DNA from: Candidatus Bathyarchaeota archaeon
GTDB taxonomy: Archaea > Thermoproteota > Bathyarchaeia > 40CM-2-53-6
Length of the DNA: 32,000 bases
Direction: 5' to 3'
Assembly (NCBI GenBank): GCA_963706285.1
Contig: CAVPLU010000012.1
Span: forward strand, 123,154-155,153
Positions 19,577-29,982 of this stretch are shown here, piece after piece. The notes beneath the pieces were generated by a model that saw only the letters and a program-made list of their open reading frames with translations, did not search any database and was not told the origin of the DNA. A program made the translations under genes and the position numbers. Position 1 is the stretch's first letter. Each line of letters starts with the position of its first letter.

Positions 19577-20503
19577 ATGGCCGCAACAACCAAGAAGATT
19601 GGAAAGATAACGAACTGCCCCGAGTGCGCGAGCAGCAACCTTGTCGAGGACTTTGACCTAGGCGAGGTTATCTGTCAGAATTGCGGCCTCGTTCTGAGTG
19701 AGCATGCAATCAATCGTGGACCCGAGTGGCGGGCTTTTACAAAAGAAGAGAGAGATGAAAGGGGGCGCGTCGGCCTTCCGACTTCATTCTCTATTCACGA
19801 CAAGGGCCTCTCGACTGTCATCGACAGAGTAAATCGAGATGCCTATGGACGTCAGTTGCCTCTGGCGACACGCCTTGAGATGCTGAGGCTTCGAAAATGG
19901 CAGATCAGGACACGCGTTCATTCATCCGCTGATCGAAACCTTGCTCAGGCAATGGCTGACTTGGACAGACTAACCGACAAGCTTCACATCCCCAACCCCA
20001 TCAAGGAGAGAGCTGCCGTCATCTACCGGAAAGCTCTAGAGAGCGGACTTGTAAGGGGAAGATCGATCGCTGCAATCGCAGCAGCCTCTCTCTATGCCGC
20101 ATGCAGACTTTCGGAGACACCAAGGACACTCAAAGATCTCGCCGCAGCTACCCGCATACGCAAGAAAGACGTCGCTCGATGCTACCGACTTCTCGTGAGA
20201 GAGCTTGACCTAAGAATGCCAGTCGAAGATCCGGTCAAATGTGTTTCAAAGATCGCAACGAAAGTCGATATCAGTATGCCGACACAACGACGAGCCATGG
20301 ACATTATCAACGAAGCACGAAGGAAAGGAATTGTTGCAGGCAAGGACCCGATGGGTCTAGCCGCCGCAGCACTGTATGTTGCATGCGTGCTGGAGCAAGA
20401 GAAGAAAACTCAGAAAGAGATCGCTGAAGTCGCGAATGTGACCGAGGTCACCGTCCGCAATAGATACAAGGGGCTCAAGGAATCTCTCAAGCTCAACGTG
20501 TAA
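19577..20503 (+). CDS. tfb: transcription initiation factor TFB (TFIIB homologue)
   Basis: Zinc ribbon CPECASSNLVEDFDLGEVICQNCGLVL, B-reader ERGRVGLPTSFSIHDKGLSTVI, two cyclin-like repeats. ATG at 19577 preferred over 19373. Confidence 0.95.
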   Translation: MAATTKKIGKITNCPECASSNLVEDFDLGEVICQNCGLVLSEHAINRGPEWRAFTKEERDERGRVGLPTSFSIHDKGLSTVIDRVNRDAYGRQLPLATRLEMLRLRKWQIRTRVHSSADRNLAQAMADLDRLTDKLHIPNPIKERAAVIYRKALESGLVRGRSIAAIAAASLYAACRLSETPRTLKDLAAATRIRKKDVARCYRLLVRELDLRMPVEDPVKCVSKIATKVDISMPTQRRAMDIINEARRKGIVAGKDPMGLAAAALYVACVLEQEKKTQKEIAEVANVTEVTVRNRYKGLKESLKLNV

Positions 20504-20526
20504 CTGGGCAGTTCGTTATCACACCC

Positions 20527-20533
20527 TTTTTTT
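20527..20533 (+). terminator. T7 tract downstream of tfb
   Basis: CACACCCTTTTTTTCTTT just after the stop codon; typical archaeal oligo-T terminator context. Confidence 0.4.
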
Positions 20534-20674
20534 CTTTGGCATCCTCTGTTGCCGAGGAATGGAATGCCACACGTTGCCCGGCAAGTCAAGGATTTGTCAT
20601 TCGCAACTGCTTATCGTACGAGCCGCAATTAGTCAGCAGGCCCGCTGACCGTGATGAACACCAGATGGATCCTG

Positions 20675-20905
20675 CTATGTGACCTGTTCTTTGTTATCGG
20701 AAGCTTCTTGAACAGAGTCCGGCAATTTAACCTCTAGAACTAGTCTTCCTGCGTAGCCGCATTGATTGCACAGATACAGTGGCGGCATGAGCCACCCGTC
20801 CATCCCGCTTGATTTGCGGATGTTCAGACTTCCACATCTCGGACATGCTGCGGTGGATTCACTGCGACCCTTTAGCGACTTAACTACCTCGATGAAACGG
20901 TTCAC
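20675..20905 (-). CDS. small zinc-ribbon protein
   Basis: CPRCGSLNIRKSSGMDGWLMPPLYLCNQCGYAG; two CxxC pairs. Confidence 0.75.
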   Translation of the reverse strand: MNRFIEVVKSLKGRSESTAACPRCGSLNIRKSSGMDGWLMPPLYLCNQCGYAGRLVLEVKLPDSVQEASDNKEQVT

Positions 20906-20929
20906 CTTTGCATCCCGGCAAATGATCGC

Positions 20930-21238
20930 TTAGTGTATCTCGATGCTTGTTTCAGGAAAGCCTTGTTGTACGAGTATTTTTCGAACTTTGTCGCGATGAT
21001 CGCCCTGCAGTAGTATCAGGCTGTCTTTTGCAGTTCCTCCGCATGCACAATAACTCTTGAGTTTCCCAGCCAGACCGTTGAGGTCAACGCTCTTGGCGTC
21101 GATTCCTTCAATGACTGTGGTGGGTTTACCCCATTTCCTTGTCTCAAGGCGGACCTTCACAAGCTGTTGTTCCATGCTGATGGTGCCGCATACGCAAAGA
21201 TCCTTTGGGAGACCGCAGGTCGAACAGACATCCGCCAT
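20930..21238 (-). CDS. translation initiation factor aIF1 (SUI1 family)
   Basis: CSTCGLPKDLCVCG N-terminus, RKWGKPTTVIEGID, LKSYCACGGTAKDSLILLQGDHRDKVRKIL. Confidence 0.92.
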   Translation of the reverse strand: MADVCSTCGLPKDLCVCGTISMEQQLVKVRLETRKWGKPTTVIEGIDAKSVDLNGLAGKLKSYCACGGTAKDSLILLQGDHRDKVRKILVQQGFPETSIEIH

Positions 21239-21398
21239 TATGGGACTCTAATGCTCCTTGACTTGGTGACCAGGCGTTAGCACTTAGAACGTATTTAAAG
21301 GTACTCACATATTCAACCTTCACGATCTTTCCTGAAAAGTAGAGGTTCGAGATAGAATTCCTTCCACACGAATCTTTTTTCGAATCGATCTGAGGTTC

Positions 21399-22582
21399 TT
21401 GCTACGGATGTCTTTGCCTGCGAATCTCACGGCTGAAGCGAAAGCCAAGTGGAACAAGGCTCAGCAGGCAAGAACAATCAAAGAGAAGATCATAGCGCTG
21501 CAGGAATTCTTATCTGCAATTCCAAAACACAAGGGAAACGAACGCCTTCGTGCACAGACAAAGCGGAAGATTGCTCTACTGAAAGCGGAAACCCAGGCCA
21601 AGCGCAAGCCAGTAGGGATTAGGATTGCCGAACGAGGCATACAAGAAGGCTGGCGCCGCACAGATCGTGATCCTTGGGCTAACGAAAGTCGGACGAAGCA
21701 GTTTGCTAGGCGCCGTCACTGGCGCCAAACCGGTTGTGGCATCGTATCCGTACGCCACTAAAGAGAGCGTGCCTGGAATGCTGCGATTCGAGGACGTGCA
21801 GTTTCAACTCGTTGAGCTTCCGGCTCTCGTGCCAGGAAACGAGGAGGAATTTGTGTTTCAGGAAGGCTCCGCGGATCTAGTCCGCAACTCTGATGGCCTC
21901 ATCGTGATGGTAGACCTAGGTGCTGATCCTGTCAAACAGTTGGACGTCATACTCGCTGAACTTGTGCGCTCGCAAGTCAGCCCAGAGAAGTTGGAATCGA
22001 ATGCAGGCATTTCCAAAACGAGATCTGGGGGCGTGCACCTTGTCACCACTGGTCGCCTCTTGGCTGCACACGCGAAGAAATCGCGTCATTGCTGAAGAAC
22101 TACGGTATCTCGAACGCAATTGTCCGAACAACGGGAGATGTGACACTTGACAATATCGAGGATGTGATTCTTGAAACCAACCTCGTCTACAAACCTACAG
22201 TTGTCATTGCCAACAAGGCAGATTTGCCGCATGCTTTGGAAAGACATAGACAACTTCTGGACATCGTGGGCTCGAAGATGCATATTCTTGCGGTTTCATC
22301 CCACACTGGGATTGGACTCTCAAGTATTGGAAGGAACTCTTTGAGGCCTTGGATCTTGTCCGAGTCTATACTAGAGAACCGAATGCCACTCGTCCGTCAC
22401 CCGACCCCTTCATCATTGGGAAAGGCTCAACGGTTGGGGAGCTAACTCACAAGATACACAGCGCACTCTTCAATGATTTTGGGTACACGCGAATTTGGGG
22501 CAAGAGTGTAAGCTATGGTGGGGAACGCGTTGGAATCGGGCACATCCTCTCCGACGGGGACGTTGTGGAGATACACGCGTGA
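21399..22582 (+). CDS. DRG/Obg-like GTPase with TGS domain, split by three frameshifts; degenerate G1 and G3 motifs
   Basis: Pieces in frames of 21399..21761, 21625..22095, 22089..22445 and 22349..22582: helical N-term, GAAQIVILGLTKVGRSSLLGAVTGAKPVVASYPYATKE, VIANKADLP, TGS domain DPFIIGKGSTVGELTHKIHSALFNDFGYTRIWG...LSDGDVVEIHA. Confidence 0.82.
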
Positions 22583-22982
22583 ATGACTTCAGGAGCACAT
22601 AGTCGCCGGTTAGATTGTCGAGCGACGACGTCTCTTGATGTTTTTTACGCGCCAGAATCCGCTTGCGTCGCGGTAGTATTCGAAAGATTCCATTGACATA
22701 ATTTCGCCTCACACTATACTACGTCAAATTGTGACTTATTCCTTGGATCATCTTCTACAGCTGATCCGCAATCGAAATAGCCAGAAAACGCATGGCTCAC
22801 CTGCACATATGCGTCAACGCAACTGGGAACGCATGCCTAGGATTCGCAGATGAGGCTCAACAACTAAACTGACTGAGCAACTCCACTTCGATGAATCAAC
22901 GGTATTTTTGCTTATATCGTATGCTCACTTGATATGCAATCTAGGTCGGATAGGAACGCGGTGTCGCAGCGCGACCAGACAC

Positions 22983-25460
22983 CTATCTCCTGAGGATCCC
23001 AAGTATGCCGGCGATGATTCCGAGGATTCCCCCTGCCAGGAATCCTCCACCTATGATGAAACTCAGCACGGCGAACGGGAATGTTATTAGCGCTCCAATT
23101 GGGCCGCGCCTCATTAGCATCATGAAACCACCGGTCATTATAGTGAATCCAGCGATGAGGCCGATGAGAAAAGCGATCGACTGTCCCAGACCAGATGGAC
23201 CTCCCAACCACCAGAATATTCCGGACCAGTTGGTCGGCGCACCCCAGAAGCCAGGCGAGAGTAATGCCGCGGCATTAAGGAGTATCAGCACCGCGGACGC
23301 CATTGCTAAAACGAAAGCCCAAATCGCTCTCCTTCCGGTGAACGTTGGGAGCAATTGCCTTGAGACCACAGCGGGGCCCGCGACCAAGCCCGTGCCGACC
23401 ATTGCTCGCCTGTATCTGCAGTATGGACAGTACACAGCGTGAATACCAATCGGTCTCCCGCAGCGTGGACACCGTACGCGTTGTGCATCCGCGGGAACAA
23501 CATACATCGGCCTAGCGGGGACTATTACTGGCGCCGCGGGAACGCACACGGGTCGAACTGGGGGCGGTCCTCGCCGCCGTGATGACGCGGCAAATGCGAG
23601 AAGACCAAGTGCAATCCCCAACGCGGCCATCAGCAGAAGTAGCAGTAGCGTGATCAGTGGGATACCCCCCGGCGGCGGCACGACTTTCACAATAGTAAGA
23701 GTGAATGGCGTTGATCTCGTCGCGGTGCCATTTGAGCCAGTTATGATGAGCGGATAGGTGCCGTTGACTGCGTCTGGACCGACGCAGAATCTCATTATTG
23801 AGCTAGCGGTGCTTCCCGGCAAAGGCTTGGGCGCAGGAGGGTTGAAAGTCACTGTCACATGCTCCGGCACACCGGTCACATTGAGCGTTACATTCTGATT
23901 GAACGCCGCGATCGAGGTGACTGTAACGATCGCTGTCTTACATTCCGTCGCATTGATAGTCAGTAGAGTTCGGGGAGACGGATATTCCGAAATCGGTTGG
24001 GCGTCCGATCACATTCAAGGTGACAAGAGTCCATTTCGGTGTGAGAGATGTGGATGATGGAGGATATCCGGTGACATTGAGGACGTAGCTTCCAATCGGA
24101 GTTGCGATTGGCACGTTGACTGTCAAGGTCGAGGTGGCGATCCCGCCTTCCGGCGGCTGTGGCGCTGACGGGCTAAATGTGGCCGTTGCCCCAGCAGGAA
24201 GGCCCGTGACTCCGAGAGTTGTGGAAGAATTGTAGATACCGAATGCTCTGACGGTGATTGTGTAGCTTGCCGAACTGCCCTGAACAACTGTGACAGATGC
24301 TGGAGCAGCTTCCACTGAGAAAGTCGCTGGGCGGAGGACCGTGGACAAACTTGTTGCCGTAGATCTGGTGTACAGCATAGTAACCGTTGTCGCCAACAGT
24401 CGCCCGGTCCTGTTGTTGTGGATGGAAAGCGAGACCCTCCACAATCCCAGCCCCATATTGGAAGTAGAACGCTAGAATTGCGTATTCATTGCTGAAGACT
24501 GCCGAAGTTGTTCGAGTCGGCGAGGATCCGTACATCATTCACTCTGCCCGCTGGCACCGACGAAACAACATAACCCTGGGATTCGGTAAAGACGTTAATC
24601 TCATTGGGTCGCGGGAGAGGATTGTAGTATTGACTCGGAAACTCCGGTATGAGTCTGTCGGCCGAGGCACCGTACTTCGCGGGGTCGTACTTTCTAGGCG
24701 GATTATATGCGTAGGCAGATGCGACTCTGTCAGTCGGCTGGAGCCCTGAAATCGTTACGTATCCCGGAAATGTCGAGTCAAGGTCCAGCAATGCACGATC
24801 AGTGAAGATCACTTCGTTGCCAGTGGTGACCTGGCTTCTGAGATTGCTGGCAATCTGACCTGGAATGAAACCATTCCAACCATTACAGTCCACAACAATC
24901 AGCGAGTAGCTGAATATGATGTTTGGATTTGCCTCAAGCTCACCGTGACTGATAGCGTCATAGGGTATTTGCATCTCATCGAGGGTGACATCAGTTCGTT
25001 CCCCAAGGAGGGTTCGCCCCTTACGAGCGAGGATCTTCGTTGGCTGTCCTGACTCTGAATATGTTGTTCAACACTTGCTGTGATGTGAGCACCCCGACTG
25101 TTACAGTCTCAAAGCCCGGTGTGCTTCTTCACCTGGGCTACCTTTGCCGCGTCAGTCGGAAGGACTAGGAATGGCCCGCCAAGGAAGACTGCTGGCGATG
25201 CGGTCATGTTAGTGGATAGAGTGACGTTTGGCGGCTCTATCACTCTGAACAGCGGAATTCGGTTCGGATCACGCAAGAAGGGCGTGCACGAATCCGAAGA
25301 CCAAGATCCTTTCTGCTTGTTTATCATCCATCGGAATTACGAGCGTGCCGGCCGGAAAAGATAGGCCATTCTCCAAAGGTGGAAGGGCAAACGCTACTGG
25401 CATAAGTGTGGAGGCTATAGCAAGCGCTATCACAAGAACTGCCACTACAATCCTACGTCG
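22983..25460 (-). CDS. large surface protein: signal peptide, lumenal region, two Ig-like domains, TM, zinc ribbon, terminal TM bundle; split by multiple frameshifts
   Basis: MRRRIVVAVLVIALAIASTLMPVAFA...; LIVVDCNGWNGFIPGQ...; FSVEAAPASVTVVQGSSASYTITV...TLGVTGLPAG; VTLNVTGVPEHVTVTFNPP; IPLITLLLLLLMAALGIALGLLAF; CPRCGRPIGIHAVYCPYC; GGILGIIAGILGILRR. Segments lie in different frames of the same strand. Confidence 0.65.
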
Positions 25461-25805
25461 CATCTGGATACAAGCTCCAAACGTTTTGCTACTGGTAACC
25501 TGAAGTTCTGTCGTGTCTAGACTGGTTCTGGAAGTCATTTAAGACTTGACGAGTTCCGCCTACTTACCTAAGACCTGTTTTCGCCTGCGAACAAGTCATA
25601 TTTCATGCTCGCTTGACTTGAATGTGCTGATCTTGAACCGTTTGGGGGCTTGCCATAGTCAGAAAAGCATGATCATTTGCGTCAATTCCCTACGCCACAG
25701 AGGCCCATTGGCATGAGAGCCTCTCAGGGTTGCCTCATTAATGAGCCGATCAGCTCCCGGAAGCCGTTCAGGCGAGAGATGGACTCCATTGTCCGCGTTC
25801 TTGGC

Positions 25806-26366
25806 TTAGGCCTTGAACCAGCGGAAGACCAGATAGTCCATCTTGGCTTTCTTCTTCTTCGGAACTGCGATGGTGAATTGTTTTCTCACAGTGGTCGCAA
25901 GTCTACCGGCTAGCACAATCTCGAACGGACCCATCTTGTCGTTCTCGGTTCTTCCGGTCACTATGAAGGGCGCATGGTCAATGCCGGGGCCATGCTCATA
26001 GACGGCAAAATCCGATCCGAATCGAATTCCTGGAGTAACGATGAATCCTTGATTGCGGAGGTCCTTGTAGACTGAATAGCCAAGTTCGAAGTTCTTGTAT
26101 GTAACCGCAGCTAGCTTCATCAACCGAGCACGAGTTATCGGTTTTCTAGTTTTCGTGTCAATGACATTGATTCTCCTTTTCTCTTGAAGGTAGAGCGCCT
26201 CCATCATGTCCAAGACTAGGGGAGCAGAGAATTCCTGGTCCGGTTTGGGTTTTGGGATGCCAACCGGTTTTCCAAAGAATCCTTGTCGGTAGATGGCCAC
26301 GCCGTCTCTGGGTTCCCATACAATGAGTCTTGTCCCTACGAGTTCAGCAACTGTCTTGCCAGGCAA
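25806..26366 (-). CDS. endA: tRNA-intron lyase (splicing endonuclease), single-domain type, 186 aa
   Basis: YSVYKDLRNQGFIVTPGIRFGSDFAVYEHGPGIDHAPFIV...RLATTVRKQFTIAV; contains the family Tyr, His and Lys catalytic contexts. Confidence 0.93.
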   Translation of the reverse strand: MPGKTVAELVGTRLIVWEPRDGVAIYRQGFFGKPVGIPKPKPDQEFSAPLVLDMMEALYLQEKRRINVIDTKTRKPITRARLMKLAAVTYKNFELGYSVYKDLRNQGFIVTPGIRFGSDFAVYEHGPGIDHAPFIVTGRTENDKMGPFEIVLAGRLATTVRKQFTIAVPKKKKAKMDYLVFRWFKA

Positions 26367-26377
26367 ATGGGAACCCT

Positions 26378-27037
26378 CTAGCCGGTCAACGCGATTACTC
26401 TGATGAGGTCAACAACATCTACGCCGAGGTCGGCAATTTCCTCGGCTCGTTCTACGATGTCGCGCAAAAGGAAGATTTCGTGTAGGGGAAGCTTGCCCGA
26501 TAGTATTTCAAAGTCGAGATTTCTAGAATTGATATCGATCTTTCTCTCAAGCTCCTCCACCGATTTGGACGATTCAACTGCCTTGTCGGGATCGAACGCT
26601 AGGGAATGAAGAGTCTCCTTCATCCTTGTCACTTCGCTAAGAACGAGCGACAGTATCTTGGACAGGCTCTCCATGTATTTCTTCTCCAACTTCCAGTTCC
26701 TGTCCGTTGCTCCCATTAACCGGAATCCCAAAGCCTCCGCGTAGTCTGCGATTGTGGTCATGCAAAACATCAGACGCAGGAAGTCTTCCCGACTGGTCAG
26801 AAGCGAACCTGCGGAAGCAACTTCCTCCAGCAAAGTGGTTCGAAGCTTGTCATTGTCGGCGATGAGCTTCAGCATTCCTTCATAGTGCGTCTTCGTAGCC
26901 CTAGGTTTCCTTTCAGCGACACTGTCAACCATGAGGGCAAGTTCTCGTACAATATCAACAATCGTTCGCGCTTGGCTCTGGCAGACGTCAAGTATCCTGC
27001 GTTTGATTGTGGGTTGGTTCTCGATGGGAAATGTCAT
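26378..27037 (-). CDS. DUF47/PhoU-like protein
   Basis: All-helical 219 aa ending EIFLLRDIVERAEEIADLGVDVVDLIRVIA, typical of the family. Confidence 0.75.
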   Translation of the reverse strand: MTFPIENQPTIKRRILDVCQSQARTIVDIVRELALMVDSVAERKPRATKTHYEGMLKLIADNDKLRTTLLEEVASAGSLLTSREDFLRLMFCMTTIADYAEALGFRLMGATDRNWKLEKKYMESLSKILSLVLSEVTRMKETLHSLAFDPDKAVESSKSVEELERKIDINSRNLDFEILSGKLPLHEIFLLRDIVERAEEIADLGVDVVDLIRVIALTG

Positions 27038-27169
27038 TGACGTTCATCCTTTAGCTTGCTCAGATGGTCGCTATTCATTGTCTCCGACGCCAAATTAAAG
27101 GTCTCTCCTAGATCAAGCGACGGTCCGCTCAGCGCTCAATGTGCTTGCTGAGTGGTATCGGCTATGGGC

Positions 27170-28960
27170 TTAGGAGTCAGTACCGTCTGGTAAGGGGGTT
27201 CCGAGCGTCAAGAACGGGCAGGATCTTTCTAGGTAGGCTCTCAGTTTGTCGACGAGCGTATCAATGGGAGTTCTTACTTGTTTCCATGTCACGCGATCCC
27301 GGAGCGTGACCGTCTCATCGCTCAGGGTTTGGTAGTCGATCGTCACGCCGATTGGAACGCCGATCTCATCGGCTCTAGCGTATCGTCTTCCGATCGTCCC
27401 ACTCTCATCGTAGTCAACTTCGACCTTGGCGCGGCGGAGCATCTCGCACACTGACCGAGCTTTCACATCTAGACCATCTTTTGCCATCAGCGGGAATACA
27501 GAAGCTTGGATTGGTGCAATGTCGATTGGAATGTTGAGGACAACCCGGTCCTTCACTTGCGTGTACGCATATTCAAGAGCCGCATATAGGAGTCTTTCAG
27601 CACCGAAGCTTGGTTCTACTACTTTCGGCACGAATCTTCTGCCTGACTCCTTGGTTTCTATCCAGTCGAATCTTACATGTTCTGGAAGTATCTTGAACCC
27701 GTCTGCCGCGTAGAACCCCTTCTCTTTGATCGATTGTTCGACATCCCCACTCTTGGCGCTCTCAATCAACTTCCTAACAGTCGCAGCTTGCCCTCTGAAC
27801 GCGGGTCCTATAGCCGAATCAATTGGACGTGCAACTCTCTCTTTGCGGATCACTGGTTCGTCGTACTTCTTGAATACCGTGAGATCGGAGCCTGATCCTT
27901 TGATGTGACTTGACAGGTCGTGGTCTGACCGGTTGGCGTGACCTGCCACTTCAACCCATCCCCACCGATCCAACAGAACCTCATGATCGTACGTCTGAGA
28001 GGAATAGTGTGCACGTTCGGTTGGCGACTTTTCCTGAAAACGCTGATTTGCGGCAGGTATCCCCAAGTCTGACATGAATTGCTGTGACAAACCCATGAAA
28101 TATGCAGACCATTCAGATAGAATGAATTTCTTTTCGAGGGCTTGCCTGATCGTCGCTGTGGTTGGTTCCTCAATTCCTTTGTCTCGAAGCTGGAGCGGGA
28201 GAATCTGAACCTCCTTGTTCGCTACTTCATCGAGATATGGACATGATTGCTCTTCAGGATCGTAGAATAGCTCGAACTCCATGATTGTGAATTCTCTAAG
28301 CCTTATTGGGCCCTGACGCGGGGAGATCTCGTTCCTTAATGCGGTTCCGATCTGGGCAATAGCAATGGGCATCCTCTCTCTGAGCGACTCGTATACCCGT
28401 TTGAAATCCACGAACATGCCCTGAGCAGCTTCGGGCCGGCCATAGGCTACTGAATCGCTGTAAGGTCCAATTGTGGTTCGGAACATGGTGGAGAAGTGTT
28501 CTGGTTTGGAGAGTTGACCGCCACATTCGACGCATCTGATCTGCTTTTCCTTGATTGCTTGCTCTATTTCCGAAAGCGAGAAGGCTTCTGCCTGAATGTT
28601 GGCGGCCTCTTTCAGTAGGCTATCGGCTTTGAATCTGCGCTTACAGTTCAGGCATGCAACCATCGAATCCTTGAATTGGGCCACATGCCCCGAGGCTTCA
28701 AGGATACGCTCAGGAGTTATGATGGGTGTGGATATCTCGACGAAACCGTGCTTCCGAATAAACGTGTCGAGCCATTTCTCAATGATCCGTCTCTTCATGA
28801 TCGTTCCAAGCGGTCCGAGGTCGAGAAACCCGCTGACTCCACCATAGATTTCAAACGATGGCCAGAAAAGACCTCGTCTCCTTGCCAGATCTGCGACCAT
28901 TTCATACTTGTCCAGTTTCGCCATGTCGTCCATGTCACTGCCTTGAGTTGTTCGCGGCAT
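27170..28960 (-). CDS. glyS: glycyl-tRNA synthetase (class II, alpha2 type)
   Basis: LARRRGLFWPSFEIYGGVSGFLDLGPLG, GTALRNEISPRQGPIRLREFTIMEFE, HANRSDHDLSSH, VEPSFGAERLL, anticodon-binding domain. Confidence 0.95.
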   Translation of the reverse strand: MPRTTQGSDMDDMAKLDKYEMVADLARRRGLFWPSFEIYGGVSGFLDLGPLGTIMKRRIIEKWLDTFIRKHGFVEISTPIITPERILEASGHVAQFKDSMVACLNCKRRFKADSLLKEAANIQAEAFSLSEIEQAIKEKQIRCVECGGQLSKPEHFSTMFRTTIGPYSDSVAYGRPEAAQGMFVDFKRVYESLRERMPIAIAQIGTALRNEISPRQGPIRLREFTIMEFELFYDPEEQSCPYLDEVANKEVQILPLQLRDKGIEEPTTATIRQALEKKFILSEWSAYFMGLSQQFMSDLGIPAANQRFQEKSPTERAHYSSQTYDHEVLLDRWGWVEVAGHANRSDHDLSSHIKGSGSDLTVFKKYDEPVIRKERVARPIDSAIGPAFRGQAATVRKLIESAKSGDVEQSIKEKGFYAADGFKILPEHVRFDWIETKESGRRFVPKVVEPSFGAERLLYAALEYAYTQVKDRVVLNIPIDIAPIQASVFPLMAKDGLDVKARSVCEMLRRAKVEVDYDESGTIGRRYARADEIGVPIGVTIDYQTLSDETVTLRDRVTWKQVRTPIDTLVDKLRAYLERSCPFLTLGTPLPDGTDS

Positions 28961-29040
28961 CTTTGATTTGTGACGAGACTTAAGCGTAGTGCAGCAAGTA
29001 CAGTGCTCGTGGCACCCACATAACCGTCGTTGAGTATTCT

Positions 29041-29379
29041 CTACTGCGCTCGCAGTTCCGTACGGGCAAGTTCAACAAGACAGCGAAAGAACTTCTCGCC
29101 TCTCTTCGGTCCAGTGCCTATTCCTGAACAATCCAAGTCCACTCCGATTTCAAGCGAGTCGGTTCCTGAGGGACGAATGCAGAATGGGTAGAATCGACAG
29201 ATGAGAGGCCTTGCTCTATAGATGGAGCATGTTGAGCCTCGAAGGAAGATGCATCTTCCCTCTCGTTTCCTAATCTTCCTGGTGTATGGCGCCGGCGCTC
29301 GCGTTGATACGCTGAACTCCCTAGCCGTCAGCTTTGTCGCGTCGGTGATCCGCTTGACGTCAAATGGGGCAAGCAGCAC
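29041..29379 (-). CDS. YkgJ-family cysteine-cluster protein (N-terminus extends upstream; exact start unclear)
   Basis: CIFLRGSTCSIYRARPLICRFYPF; upstream in-frame sequence contains CVRWVCVRCTNSCSDLPGRKRN before LLAPFDVKRIT. Confidence 0.75.
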   Translation of the reverse strand: MLLAPFDVKRITDATKLTAREFSVSTRAPAPYTRKIRKREGRCIFLRGSTCSIYRARPLICRFYPFCIRPSGTDSLEIGVDLDCSGIGTGPKRGEKFFRCLVELARTELRAQ

Positions 29380-29638
29380 GTTTCTTTTTCGCCCTGGAAG
29401 ATCACTGCACGAGTTTGTGCATCGAACGCAGACCCACCGAACGCACGCAGGATATCTAACCTTTCCCTCTTTCGAGTTGAAATTGGCCGAGGATCGTTGC
29501 TGAGGATCTGGAACTACGAGAGTTGCTTCGAATCAGATGATCCAAGCTCGAGCCTTCGACCGGCATGTTAGTGCGTTTTGTGGGGAGATATGATCAGAAG
29601 AGGAGTCATGTTCGGTGGCGAGGTGGGTCTGGCAGGAT

Positions 29639-29815
29639 CTATCTTGCCTTGACTCGCTTCACGACGGGCGGTCTCACTTTCTTCAGGACTCGGTAGCCGC
29701 AGAATGGGCATTTTGTTTCCGGAGTCATAGCCAACTGATCTAGAGTGAGCTTCTCACCGCAGCTGATGCACTGATACAGTATTCCTGTGGGAGATTGTTC
29801 TTTCTCTTCGCCCAT
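29639..29815 (-). CDS. rpoP: DNA-directed RNA polymerase subunit P (Rpo12)
   Basis: YQCISCGEKLTLDQLAMTPETKCPFCGYRVLKKVRPPVVKRVKAR. Confidence 0.9.
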   Translation of the reverse strand: MGEEKEQSPTGILYQCISCGEKLTLDQLAMTPETKCPFCGYRVLKKVRPPVVKRVKAR

Positions 29816-29982
29816 CGCGATCACTGGAAGACACCGCACGCAGGTTAGATTAAAGTGTTGATCAGCAGGTCTCGACGTACTCGATCACGTGATTCGATTG
29901 GGAAGTCCTGCTAAAGCTCGATCTTTCTTGACCGTTGCTCATGCAAATCTACTGGCGTATCTCTCTCGGTTTCAAGCGATGC

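Noticed and set aside
22470-22712. Small minus-strand ORFs (including MSMESFEYYRDASGFWRVKNIKRRRRSTI)
   Set aside because: Short, partly antisense to the GTPase 3' end, no independent support; kept only as a possible small protein to check.
3021-25538. Widespread programmed frameshifting as a new recoding system
   Set aside because: Break sites share no common slippery motif or stop context, affect unrelated genes, and one gene would need three events; sequencing indels explain them more simply.
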